Assembly: GCF_964194155.1 (NCBI RefSeq)
Contig: NC_135891.1
Location: 17,298,001-17,362,000, forward strand
Direction of reading: 5' to 3'
Origin: Cetorhinus maximus
Lineage: Eukaryota
Length of the DNA: 64,000 nt
The notes beneath the pieces were generated by a model. It made no database searches and had not been told where the DNA came from. It saw nothing but the letters and a program-made list of their open reading frames with translations. A program made the position numbers and the translations under genes. How positions within the stretch are numbered: the stretch's first letter is position 1; every line of letters starts with the position of its first letter. Shown here piece by piece: positions 1-13,194 of the stretch.

Positions 1-796
1 CAAACAAGTACCTAACTGTCCTAATGTCCTAATAGAGGCGGTTATATTTTTTATAAAATACTTGAAGGAGTCATTCCATAATCCCCTAAATTGTTACCTG
101 CCTAGGAATGACATTTCATTAACAGTTCAGAACCCATTCCGAAAAAGCACGGAATAAATAACATTGCCACCACACCACTAAAGCATGGCACTGCGACAGG
201 AGCCAGTTGGTAGCTGAAACACATCAGGTTTTTACTTTCCAAACAATCTCAAAAGGCACCATAACTAACGAGGCTACATGCTGCCATCCCTTTGCACTAA
301 ATGAGAAAATGTTCACGAAGAGAACTAAGAAATCAAGAGCAGTGGTTATGAACAATTACTGGGAGATGCAGTTCGGGTGGCGGGCACTAGAGGAGTCAGG
401 GCATTGCAAGGAGTTGGATTTGCCTTTGTGGGCACTCACAAGTCACTAATAAAAGTTTCAGGGGTTTAAATGGGAATTGCAATGAATCCTATAAATCTCA
501 CTACCATCTGTGCACAGAAGTCCCAGTGACGCTGCAGTTTTTAAACAATCAGAATTCCTTCCTGGTTGGCCTTTTGTTCAAATGCATCTAAAACTACAAA
601 CAAGGGCCCAAACTGAGCCCAGGAAGCTGGTCTAGTCGGGGCCGGGCCTGAGGTCAGGGCCTGGGCTGTAGCTCACACTTGCTTCCCCTCTGAAGGCGGG
701 AGGCTGCAAGGCCGCAGCTTTGCCACCGGTGGATGTGGGGCCGGGAGAGGCTCTGGGTCCCTCTCGCCTCTTTCTCTCGGTTCCGCAATAACTCAC

Positions 797-898
797 CGCC
801 GCCGAGCCCTTCTTCACCGCCTCCTGGGCGTACTCCACCTGGAAGAGGTGCCCGTCCGGGGAGAAGACGGTGATGGCTCGGTCGTAGCTGGCGCTCAT
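797..898 (-). CDS. PSMA7: Proteasome 20S alpha-4-type subunit (PSMA7), coding exon 1; rest of gene lies left of the window
   Basis: Translates [34 protein letters not shown], the proteasome alpha N-terminal signature, followed by a GTGAGT donor (796-791). Adjacency to SS18L1 favours PSMA7 over PSMA8, which neighbours SS18 in human. Confidence 0.9.
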
Positions 899-1271
899 GG
901 TTCACTTCGGTTCGGTTCGGCGCTTGTGCAGAGCGAGAGCGAAACCGAAACCGGCCAAACACCTCCCCCCCTCGGGGGCCCCGAGAAACGCCGAATCATC
1001 TCGCCCGCCCCTTCCGTTTCGGCGCTACCACTGGCCCCGGAGGGGTGCTGGTGTGTGTGTGTGTGTTTGAGTGAGGGAAGAGGGGGCGGGGCTTCAGCTC
1101 TCCTGTCCCCATCCCTTTAAACAGCCGCTGCTCTGCACAGCCCCTGTCCCTAACCACTGGATCTGCAATCAACTGGGGCTGCATCTGCATCACTGACAGC
1201 ATCATCCGGAATTACATTATTTTAAATATATATATATATATAAAACAACCTCATAGAGAGAAAAAAAAATC
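899..1271. promoter_or_regulatory. CpG-rich bidirectional promoter / 5'UTRs shared by PSMA7 and SS18L1
   Basis: Two divergent ATGs 373 bp apart. CpG-dense region ~630-1140 with GC boxes (CCGCCC ~1005, GGGGCGGGGC ~1083) and (GT)n and (TA)n microsatellites. Confidence 0.75.
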
Positions 1272-1340
1272 ATGTCTGTGGCCTTTGCATCAGCTCGCCA
1301 GCGAGGGAAAGGGGAGGTCACCCAAGCCACCATTCAAAAG
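1272..1340 (+). CDS. SS18L1: SS18L1 (CREST, nBAF subunit) coding exon 1
   Basis: MSVAFASARQRGKGEVTQATIQK then GTAAAA donor; 69 nt; matches the SS18/SS18L1 N-terminus. Confidence 0.95.
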
Positions 1341-4300
1341 GTAAAACGTCTTGTTATTTAATATTTGATTTAGTTATCCTTTTGTGGGAAATCTGTAAAT
1401 CCCATTTTTTTATTTACGAAAAATCCTCCTATTGTCATTTCCTAATTTTCATTTTTCATTTGATTGCTCGCTTTTGGGATAAATGTGCCATCTCTCTCTC
1501 TCTCTCTCAATTTTGAGATGCGGGTTTTGATCATTTTAAGATCCTGCCTGGGGACAGTAGTGATTTTCTACCCCCCCACCCCCCCTCTCTCTCTCTCTCC
1601 CTCTCCCACCAGGGTTGTGAATGCAGCAGCTCCGAACAAAGCAAGGTGTGATAGGGCAGACACATGGGGCAACGGGGGTTAAAGAAGCCAGTGCACTGCT
1701 TAATTTCATTTGAAGCATATGGATATATTTTCTCTCCCTCTGTAAAACACCGACCTCATCTACTTAGCAAAACCATTGCATCTCTATTATTGACACGTGA
1801 TTTTTAAACGTGCATTTAGATAAAATAACATCAAATGTGCAGTTTACTTGTGTACAGTGCTTTGCAGGGGCTGAGATCTGAGCATGCCAATAAAGCCACT
1901 TAAAGTAATTTTATTTTTCTTGTACGTTTCCTGAAAACGAATGTAATTCCAAAATAAACTGCGTAAATGTATTTTATTTTTAGCAGCATGTAAAATGAAT
2001 GGCGTGTTAAACGATGCGATCAGTAATTGATTAATAAAAGTGCTACTTTTAGTGAGGAATGGGAACGTCAAAATGGTATAATTTTGGCATTTTTGTTCCA
2101 AATGACCTTTTTTAAAAAATCAAAATAGCTTGAAAACGTAATGAGCCGAAATAAAGTAATGAACTGAAACTTGACAACCTTTGAATAATCCTTGTAGATG
2201 GGCTTGATTTTTGGAAGGACAGGGATGTTTTCTTGGTACTGAATAGCGCTCATTGAAACCTCAGGTGCTTTATTCCCCAAACCGTGAGCTGGGAATGACG
2301 ATACTGTGGGCGGCCAAGCATTTGGTTTTTGATTTTCTCCCTTCCCCTCTCTCCCAAATCGAGCTGCAAATCGGCAAACTTTATCCAGATGGTGCTTAGC
2401 ATTCGATTCTGTGAGGGGTATTTGGATTTGATGGTGGGGAAATGATGGTGTCGCTGGAATATGTGAGTGTTGGTGGGAGCGGGGGTGGTGGGGGGAATAT
2501 TGGTAGTTTGGCGGATTAATAATGGCGAAGGAAAGGTGTCAGTGCAGACAGCAATCAACACCTCATCGGCATCCTGCTCAGCAAACCATCGTGCTGCCAT
2601 CCGATGGACAGGGAGCATTGTTACTAAACACCCACCACTTCATATCTGTTTCTGTCACTGCCGATATGCAAAACCTCCCTCATGTTCATTGCATTTTACT
2701 TGTACATGACAGATTGACCGCAAAAATGTTTAACCAGTTATTCAGATCACTATTAGTCAATTAATTCCATAGGACTGTAATAGGACTGCACTAATTGCAA
2801 TGAACAGTATCTTCAAACCAATGCATCTGATCACAAAGAGATCAAATGGCAAAATAAAAATGTTGACCTCCCCTTTCCATTATTGGTGTAAAAATATTTT
2901 TATATACATCATTAGTGTTCATATTTGTATAATTCCTCAATTTTTCAGCAGCTTTCTGCCATCTTGCTTTTCCTGTGAGAGGGGTATGTTAACCTGCAAA
3001 TAAGAGATTTACCTTGAGTCATTTTAAAATACGGCAGGCGAATGTGCCATTTAAGTATCACATAAAAATAATCAGGGATGTATGGCAAAATATGCGGATG
3101 CTGGAAATACGTAGCAGGTCAGGCAGCATCTGTGGAGAGAAAAAAAAACACAAAAATTAACACTTCAGGTTGACGACCTTTTGTCAGAACTTGCAAAAGT
3201 TAGAGTGATAACAGGTTTTAAGCAAGTTGAGGGGATGGGGAAGAACAACCTATGACAGGGCAAAGAAGATTAAATGACAAAAAGTGGGTATTGGTGCAAG
3301 AAGGAATGTATGGGAAGTTTGATTTACATATGACCACTGGAATGATTATGAGGAAAGGCTGCCTGTTCAACTAAGTTAAACTATCTCAAAACAATGAAGG
3401 TTTCCTCACATTTTATTTGTACATTTGTATAAACGGGGTGAACCACTAATTTAAATTGGCTGCTTGAGTTTTCACTCCCTTCCCAGTTCCATTCTATTTG
3501 CCACTGTTTTACATGTAAGGTCTTGAGGTTCTAATTTTCTAGAAGAAAAATGCTGTAAATTGACAAAGGTAGGATTTTATTGTGCTCAATTTGATTTTAC
3601 ATTTATGCCAGAGAACAGAACTGTGAGAGCTGACTAATGTTCAAGTGGGAAACCGGGCGTTGATGTAGGATGAAATCTTGTAAACACAAAGTACTGAATA
3701 ATTAGCAAGAACATGAGTGCCAATTTTATTTATATTTTGTTGAGTCACCAATGACTGGATTTCACTAAAACATGTACACCTTAGGAGGTAGCATACAATA
3801 CTTCTCAAATGATTGAATATCTATCCCAGCACAAATTTTCAAACTTTAAACTTAATTGGCTCACTCTTAATGATTAACTGGTTGAGGATTCTTCAGCAGG
3901 GATGGCTGAATTCCAGTAAATAGTTGGTACAAAGTTAGAAAAGGAGAATGACATTCTTCCATCATGAATAATTGATATTTGGACCAGATAATCAAAGAGT
4001 ATTGTAACTACATTTAGTAAAATGTGAGAGGGAACTTTTAATCAAACATTCTGGCATGGTTGATGAATATATTTGTTACTTTCAGCTTAAATATGCCCCA
4101 GCTACCAACAGAAGACAGTATCCTTTATAGGCCAGAAACCACATTTAAACTCCAAAGTTGAAGTCCAATCTATACATTCTGCCATGATGTGGGCCTGGAG
4201 GTTAAAACAGATTGTGTTACTTACTTTCGTTTGAGTAGGAACCAAAATCAACACTGTATCCAAGGGTCTTCTACTGGTTTTCAAGACAGGTTGTAACAGT

Positions 4301-4554
4301 GCTGTTGAGCACCAACTGAAACAGTGCAAAATGTGGCAGCCATGTGGTTTAAAATGAGGTAACAATTGCAGACTAGTCTGCTAATGTTATCTTACTTTAC
4401 TGTGAAGAGTGTTGTTTTATTAGCTCATCAGTACTGTACTCTAGTGAAGTGAATATTAAAATGTGAAGAGTACTAAATTAGCTGTAACATTATGTAACAT
4501 TTGGATTTTGGCTCCACAATGTAACTAAAAATTTCTAATGATCTTTGATTTTAG

Positions 4555-4631
4555 ATGTTGGATGAAAACAATCATTTGATACAGTGTATCATGGATTACC
4601 AGAGTAAAGGCAAAACTGCAGAATGTTCTCA
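4555..4631 (+). CDS. SS18L1: SS18L1 exon 2 (SNH domain)
   Basis: ttttag|MLDENNHLIQCIMDYQSKGKTAECS(Q)|gtaagt; 77 nt; phase 0-2. Confidence 0.95.
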
Positions 4632-6246
4632 GTAAGTTTTTTTGGTTCTCGCTTTGCACTTTGTTTGAAATAAGTTTGCCAAAGTCAATTACAGGCTCAG
4701 GTAACATCCCCAATGCTGTAAGAATACTTGAGTAATATCTCTGCACCTGTGAATACAAAGGGCCTGATATTTACATGTATGAGAGGTTGTAGGAATTGAG
4801 GGAGGTTGCTTTAGGGAAAGGTATGAGGTTGAGGGAACAAATCTGAAGATAATACAATGTATTTATTTTAGGGTTGTGCTTTCAAAATGACATTTATTAA
4901 TGGAGTACAAATATCAGGCCTGGGACAGAGGTGGAGGGACCACGTGTCATGAGATCATTAAGGCCACTAGAGCCCTCTGTGGTGATTTTTGTCTAACCTA
5001 TATGATTAACTTTCCAGTATTTTTTTTCTAGTGCTATTGTACATCTATTGGTGTACACTAAACAAAAAGTAATAGATTGAACTGGAAAATATTTATACCC
5101 GTATCTGTTAACAATGTATGTATATAGTTAGTAGGATTAAGATTGTAACAGCAATAGAGGAGTTTGATATTGCTGAAATTTATTTTTTTTTTGTGCAGTT
5201 AATAGCCTTGTTTATGACTTAACTCTGACTTGATGATAATGTTCCCACTATAAGCCTTAACATTTCAAAACAATCTGTTTAGGGTGGCGAACATTTTTGT
5301 AGAACATGTTCAGTAAATTTTGCTGGCAGATGATCACGTATTTTCTTTCAAAACTTTCTCTTGCTATCACAAAATCATAAGAAATAGGAGTAGGAATAGG
5401 GCATTCAGCCTATCAAGCCTGCTCTGCCATTCAATAACATCATGACTAATCTGATTGTAGCCTTACCTCCATTTTTCTGCCTGACCCTCATAACCCTTTA
5501 CTCCCTTGTTGATCAAAAATAAAACCCCTGCAGAATCTTATGTTTCAATAAGATCATCTCTCATTCTTCTAAACTCCAATGAGTACCTCATAAGGCAAGT
5601 CTTCATCCCAGGAATCAGCCTAGTGAACCTTCTCTGAACTGTTTCCAATGCAAATATATCCTTCCTTAAGTAAGGAGATGAGAACTGTACATGGTACTCC
5701 AGGTGCAGTCTCACCAGTGTCCTACTCCATCCCATTGCAATAAAGGCCAACGTTTCATTTGCCTTCCTAATTGATTGCTGTACCTGCAAGCTCACTTCTT
5801 GTGATTCATGTACAAGGACACCCAGATCCCTCTGTATTGTATCATTTTGCTGTCTCTCCATTTAAATAATATTCTTTTTTTCAATCCTTCCTGCCAAAGT
5901 GGACATCCTCATATCTTCCCACATTGTACTCTATCTGCCAGATTTTGTGCCCATTCACTTAGCCTATCTATAACCCTTTGCAGACTCTTTGTATCCTCCT
6001 CACAGCTTGCTTTCCTACCTTTTCTTTGCATCATCAGCAAACTTGGCTACAATATGGTCAGCCCCTTTATCCAAGGCATTAATGTAGATCATAAATAGCT
6101 GCAGTCCAGTTCTGATCCCTGTGGCACTCCACTAGTTACAGTTTGCCAAACTGAAAATGACTAATTTATCCCAACTCTCTGTTTCCCGTTAGTAAGCCAA
6201 TCCTCTATTCATGCTAATATATCACTCTCAACAGCATGAGCACTTA

Positions 6247-7295
6247 GGCCGGATCCTTGGAGACTGGATGTATGACTGAAGATGCGTGTCAGGACACTTT
6301 GAAAGTCCTGACATGCTGAACTATGTGGGAATTGGCCAGGAAGTTTCAGTTTCTGATGGGCAATTTTCCTGCTCTCTGGGTCCCTCTGCAAATGTTTCTA
6401 ATTCTGAGTTAGTGATAGAGACTTTGAACAATTCCATGGTATTTACCTGTAATAGTTACCCAGGAAATGTTAGAGAGATTAATACCATTTAAAACCTGGG
6501 TAATGACACAACCAAACCCCCCAGTCACCTCCTAACCCCCCCACTAACTACCCCCCTGACCCCACAAAATCCCCCCTGACGCTCTGACTTCTCCCTCACC
6601 TCGATCCAATTACCCTTAACCACCCCCATCCCAATTACCCCCATCCACCTGACTACCCTCCCCGATCACCCTCCTGACCCAGTCTGACTACCCTCCAGCC
6701 ACCCAACAACCCTCCAAAACTGATTACCTACCCCCTATCCACATACCTACCTCACCCACTTACCCAACTCCCTACTAACTCACCTCACCCACCTACCCAA
6801 CTCATCTACCTCCCTACTTACCCACTTACCCACCTCACCCACTTACCCACCTACCCCTACCCACTTACTCTTCTCACCTACCTACCCCATATCCACTTAT
6901 CCACCTACCTACCTCACCCACTCACCCACCTATGTACTTACTGACCTACCCCCACCCGCTTACCACTTACCCACTTACCCACCTCACCCAACTATCCATT
7001 CACTCACTCACCCGCTCATCCATTTACCCTTTATCCACTAACCCATTCATCTACTCACCCATTCACTCATCCATTCACTAAGATTCAAACTGGACCTTTA
7101 AACTTGGCATATGGCAACTAGTGCAATAAAAAGGGGGTGTGTCCTGTCTTCCATTAACTCCACTCTGCTCTGACGGAATTCTCCAAGGGATGCTCGGAAG
7201 ACCCCAGTAGAAATGCACAGCAGTGTCGGGTCGAGGAATATTCGAGTGCAGCAGCAGTCTGACAATCATTGCTGCTGGTTGGAAGATATGGGCCC
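6247..7295. mobile_element. Non-autonomous Harbinger-type DNA element with TTA TSD
   Basis: TTA on both flanks (6244-6246, 7296-7298) splits a CR1; imperfect terminal inverted repeats (TIRs) GGCCGGATCCTT...AAGATATGGGCCC. Confidence 0.7.
6510..7080. repeat. C-rich low-complexity (CCCA/TACC/CTCA)n tract inside the MITE
   Basis: Degenerate tetramer repeats visible directly. Confidence 0.85.
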
Positions 7296-8589
7296 TTATC
7301 TTGTGCAATTACCTTTTATGTGGCACTTTATTGAATACCTTTTGGAAATCCAAATACACTACATCTACAGGTTACCCTTTATCCACTCTGCTTGTTACAT
7401 CCTCAAAGAATTCCACTAAATTTGTCAAACATGATTTCCCTTTCACAAAACCATGTTGACTTTGCTTGATTTTATTATAATTTTCTAAATATCTTGCTAC
7501 TTCTTTCTTAATAATGGATTCTAGCGTTTTCCCAATGACACGTTAGACTAACTGGCCTATAGTTTCCTGCTTTCTATCTCTTTCCTTTCTTGAATAGTGG
7601 TGTTACATTCACGGTCTTCCATTCCGCTGGGGCTTTTCCAGAATCTAGGAAGTTTTGGAAGATTACAACCAATGCATCTTCTATCTCTGCAGCCACTTCC
7701 ATTAAGACCCTAGGATGCAGGCCATCAGGTCGAGGGGGTGCTAGCCTTTAGTCCCATTAGTTTTCCTAGTAATTTTTCTTTAGTGACTGTGATTGTTTTA
7801 ATCACACCCCCCCCCGCCCCCCACCCAACCTCCGCCCCCACTGCTTTTGCACCCTGCTTTTCTATTGTCTTGGGATGCTTTTGTGTCTTCTAGTTGTGAA
7901 GAGAAAATTAAAAAAAACTACTTGTTCAAAGTCTCAGCCATTTTTTGGTTTCCCATTATTAATTCCCCAGTATCACACTCTAGGGTACCAACACTCACTT
8001 CTGCTATCCTTTTCCTTTTTATATATTTGTAGAAGCTTTTACTGTCATAATATGAAGCTACACGAGACTTAGAGTGTAAGACTGCTGTAGAAATGGGATG
8101 TACAAGTTTAAATGGGAAAGCTCAGCATCAGGAAAGCAAAACCTAAGATAATTTATATGTAGGCACCTGAGAGCATACTAATGGCCTATAACAGAGTCTT
8201 AGAGTTCTGCTGGGAGTTTAAGCTACTCACATTTTGCTTTGTGATGCTGTCTGAATCACATGATTGACTTGCACCATTATACTTCCTTCTCAAGTATGTA
8301 TCACCTTGCACCTTCTGAATAATGGCAGAATATTACTGGTGATCATAATGATGGACTTCCACTAGTACTGATATTTGATTACTAGTGCAAGATCTGTGTT
8401 GCCTAAATGCAGCCTTTGTTTTGAAAAGTACACTCCAGAGCCAAAATTAATCTACACTTTTTAATTTGTGAAAATATACAAATTGTGAGCATAGTGCAAT
8501 GTTCTGTAAAACAAAATAGACTGTAAAGCAATTTGCAACTCGCATTGGGCAGGGGTGAAGCAGCAGGTCTGAACTGATAAGAATAGAAG

Positions 8590-9010
8590 AACATAAGAAA
8601 TAGGAGCAGGAGTAGGCCATTCTGCCCCTCAATTAGTCTGCTCTGCCATTCAGTCAGATCACAACAGGTCTAACCGAGGCCTCAACTCCAGTTTCCTGCC
8701 TGCTCCCTATAATCCTTAACTCCCTTGCAGATCACAAATCTGTCTAACTCAGCCAAATCTGTCTAACTCAACCTTGAATGTATTCAATGACCCAGCCTCC
8801 ACTGCTCTCTGGGGTAGAGAATTCCAAAGATTAACAACCCTCTGAGAAAAGAAATTCCTCCTCATGTCTGTCTTAAATGGGAAACCCCTTATTCTGAAAC
8901 TGTGCCCCTTAGTTCTAGATTCCCCCAACGAGGGGAAACATCCTCTCAGTGTCGACCTTGTCAAACACTCTCAGAATCTTATATATTTCAATAAGATCAC
9001 CTCTCTTTCC
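8590..9010 (-). mobile_element. CR1 LINE 3' end
   Basis: Minus ORF 8749-8964 (RRNFFSQRVVNLWNSLP) plus CR1 3' tail. Confidence 0.85.
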
Positions 9011-9777
9011 ATTTAAGGAATAACTGATCATTAAATTCTACAAAATACAATCCAAAAAATGCCACTTTTGGTTTTCTAAACCATGTTGAATTGAAAATGT
9101 TGTGCAACTGAATACAAACAAGTTTAAAAGATAATTATGCTATTTACAGTAATGTATTAAGACATTAGTTTAAATAGTGGATATTGTTTATGATTTTATA
9201 TTCTTGCATTGTATTTAGTTAACAGAATATTTAATTGGCAGATGGAAGTGTACAGCGCATTGGGTGAAGTGCTGGTGTATCATTCTCTGGCTAATACAAC
9301 AGGGCAAATCTCATCCATTTAAATGTTGTAAACTTAGTACATGCCGACTTTTGTATCTCTATGGTGGATAATAGATAGTTGTGAATTACAAGATGTAATG
9401 CAATCACTGGGTTCAGATGAAATAACTGATTTTACCTTAAACTCACTTTACTGATATAGTTGCATCAGGTAATGATTTTTCATTCCACTAGTTCTTCTTG
9501 TCATTGTAGGAGCTTTCTTACTGACGTCAATAGCACTTTGTGACGTGCAGCACATGGAATTGTCAGTTTAATGATCTAGAACCTAAAGGTATATTAGATC
9601 AGGTGACAGACTCCTTAGAATTACTAAATAAGAGATATTTTATTCACTGAATATAATATCTGGTACTTTTAGGTGATTACAACTCATTAAGCATAAATTA
9701 GTTATTTTAGTAATATGTGATGGTAGGCATCATTGCCTAGCGTGTAAAGTTCAACTAACCCCCAAAGTATTTATAGA

Positions 9778-9903
9778 GGTTGGAATTTTTCAGCCCCTCA
9801 TGCTGGCGGGATCTTCCGGCCCTACTGATGTGAACGGAGATTTCAATGGCTTGCCGGCCCCGCCGTGGGGAACCCACCACAGGAGGGCTGGAAAATTCTG
9901 ACC
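9778..9903. mobile_element. 126-bp Harbinger-type MITE
   Basis: TIRs GGTTGGAATTTTTTCAGCCC / GGGCTGGAAAATTCTGACC; 3-bp TSD AGA on both sides. Confidence 0.75.
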
Positions 9904-12900
9904 AGAGTCAGGAGTAGGGCATTCGGCTTCTTGAACTGGCTCTGTCATTTAATTAGACTGTGGCTGATCTGTAACTAAAATCCATCTACCCACCTTGGTT
10001 CTGTAACCTTCGCCTAACAGCAATCTATAAATCTCAGTTTTCAGAATTTTAATTGACTCCTATAACTCAACAACTTTAGAGGGAGTAAGTTCCGTATTTC
10101 TACTACCCTTTATGTGAAGAAGTGCTCTCTGACATCACCCCTGAATGACTTGGCTCTAATTTTAATGTTATACCCCATTGTTGTGGACTGTCCCACGACA
10201 GGAAATTGGGTAGATAGGTACAGTCAAATCCTTTAATCATCTTATGTATCTCAGTTAATTCACCCCTTTTTCACTCACCTTCTGTTATATTTACCAATTT
10301 GAGCTGTTTTTTTAATTTATTTTCTTCTTATCTGTTCTTTATTCCTCCCCTGGTTATTCCTTCTCCTCTATGTTAAATGTGGACTGATGTTAGTATTTTA
10401 GTTTTTATTCTGTCTTATCCAGCCACCCTGATGATCCAATTTTCTTCTGTTAACTACTGCATACTAGAAGTGAGAGTTAACCTTCAGTTGGGGAGTAATT
10501 CTTTAAGTATTAAGCATATTGTATGATGTGCAATGTTGTACATACCATCATCAGGCTTCACATGATAAAAAGGGGAGGGAAGTCTGGAGAAGTACCAAAG
10601 TACATCCTCATTTTTCAGTAGATTTTTTTTCACATCTTTAGTAAAATGTAAAATTTTCCTACTGCCCATGGAGACCCTCAAGCCAGATAACATTTCCAAT
10701 GGAGTACATCTCATGTCTTCTAGCATGGTCTAAAAAGAAACAGCAGAGAGAAAGCAGGAAAAGCTCTGGGACCAGCAGATCAAGGGATTTGTACTTGGTT
10801 GAGAAATCTGCATATCAAAATCAATTGGGTTCATGGTAGCTTTCAAGCCATTTTAAAGCTTTAATGTAAAATGCTCTGGGATACTTCATTAGTGATGTCA
10901 CGTACTGGAGAGGCTTGACCTAGGAAAGGGGGCAAGGAGGAGATGATTTGATTTGAGAGCTTCTGTGCTGTTAAGTTATTCAATGCATCAAACAAAATAC
11001 TGTTGGTCTACTAATCTGTATCAAACCTGAAAAATTGCCACACTTCCTTACTATTGTCACTCCCCAAGCTATCAGGTTTTTGATATGATGTTATGCTTCA
11101 GTTACACAAATTCATTTTGAACTACTTAATGTAATAAAAGTTAATCAAAAATTATATGCAGAAGTATAATAATTAGTAAGAATGGAATTGTAGAATTTAT
11201 ATTTAAATTTATGACTTGCTTTCCCACAACTGAATTATAGTTTGAGGATTCATTCATGGCTTTTCATTTTCTCTGCATTTTGGGAACAGTTTTTTTCTAC
11301 ACTCAGCCATTCTTAGATAAAACACGCACCTTTCAAATGATCTTAACTGTTTATTTTCAAAGCCTGGTTTGTGACTTTGATGTCAAGTCTTTGGCTTCTG
11401 GTTGGTCCTTGCATTCCACCTTGTCACTCCATTTCTGTTTATGGCTCAAATCTTGTCTAGGTAATAGGGTCATGGAAATGCCCTCTTCCCGGCCTTGTGG
11501 AAGTTGTCATTGGGCAACCTTGTATGTATTCACTAGCCTATGTAATCACTGACTAGGATTTGCCTTGTTGCTCTACCATCTACTGCTATCACTGCTGCTC
11601 ATTCTGGCACAGTGCCAGGCTTATTTCTCCTGGGGCATGCTGCTATGTAAAAAGGACATTCTGTGAAGCTGGTGTATCTGTCATAGAAGATCATCCAAGC
11701 CTTAGCTCTTGTCTGGACAGTGAGATCTGATGAATGTAATGCTATACATGTAAAGGGAAGGCACCAAGTTAATCTAATATCAATACATAGAACACAGATC
11801 CCTGGAAGAAAACTGCTGCAATCAGTTTGTTCACTTTACTGCAGCAACTTTAGTGTCAAAAATTTAAGGGCATTGCTTTAGCATGGGAGAGGTGGCGGAG
11901 AAACTAGTTTTAACGTTAAGCATGGGTATGCTTCTTAAGAGTACTTGGTTTTGATATAGTTAATTATGAAGCAAAATTTGGACTTGCCAACACCAACCAG
12001 CATTTCACTTGTCCTTATGTGATGGCCTTTCAGCCTTAGCCTTGTTCAGAATACAAAATATTGGATGTCTTGTGTTATCTGAATATATCTCAATTTATAG
12101 ATATGTGCACATTCCAGTGGTAGCACTCCTCATTTTGGTATTACATCATGACTACATATCCATCTGATAGTGGAGGACAAGGGTCTCTGTATCACTGTTC
12201 AGTGCTAGCTCCTTATATGGGTCCCTTAACCCTCTCTATTTTTACCCAGAGAGCAATTTAGTGTAAGTTGAGGGAGGAGGAGAGGAGGGTTGGAAAAATT
12301 AAGATGACAATTTTTACTTTTTTATCCTATTACTGAAATTGGTGATTACTTCAGCTCATGACCATAGATTAGTTCAGCACTTGGCTGTATTTGATGTTTT
12401 CAGCTCTTTAATCTGTTTTGGTCAACTTGAAAATCAAACCATTTCCCTGATTTGTCAGTCTGTAATTCACTATAGTTGCTTTATTTGTTTTAGTTTAGTT
12501 ATTATTAAATAATTTCCTCACGTATACGCCCATTGAATTAAATAAAATATGGAGTAGAAAAATGGTCACTTAATAATGCATTCACATATGTGGTCCATAT
12601 AGGACTGCCACCTACAGCCACAATTAGAAACAGATTGGCAGGGGGTCTAAAAGCCACTCCTAATGTCTATTTAAACTATAAATTAATAACTCAAGTTGAT
12701 CCTGCAATAGGAGACGATCTGAAAAGAGAGTTTTTTTCAGATACATTTCTGTATGTCAAGGACAGACCAAGCAATGAAAGGACATATGAGTTCATCATTA
12801 CCATTATCATCATAATTCGTATCATTATTGCAAAGATTTACATTAAATGCATTCCTCCATGAATTAAAAAAAAACTTTTACCTGTTCTTCCATTTCTTAG

Positions 12901-12985
12901 ATACCAACAAATGCTGCACAGAAATTTGGTTTACCTGGCAACAATAGCAGATTCCAATCAAAACATGCAGTCATTGCTACCTGCT
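12901..12985 (+). CDS. SS18L1: SS18L1 exon 3 (SNH domain)
   Basis: ttcttag|YQQMLHRNLVYLATIADSNQNMQSLLPA|gtaagt; 85 nt; phase 2-0. Confidence 0.95.
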
Positions 12986-13194
12986 GTAAGTAACACACCA
13001 GTGGTTGCAAAGCCAGGCTTGTAGTATGTTTAGTGAGACAAAAAAAAACTACAATTATGAATGAGATTTCTAGATCAATGTTTTACCTATTAACATTTAA
13101 TTCAATCTCCTCTCATAAATCACTACAGATCTGGCATATAGATATTTTTGGGAATTATGGCATACAATGGTATATTTGGGTGGTAATTAACAAA

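Larger units (their letters stand above)
5376..8040 (-). mobile_element. CR1 LINE 3' fragment (RT), interrupted by a MITE at 6247-7295
   Basis: Minus ORF 5538-5861 (RDLGVLVH...RLHLEYHVQF...VQRRFTRLIPG) is typical CR1 RT C-terminus; LINE sequence resumes after 7295. Ends approximate. Confidence 0.85.

Noticed and set aside
632-796. Extension of the PSMA7 ORF beyond codon 34
   Set aside because: Read-through into intron 1; proteasome similarity stops at the GTGAGT donor.
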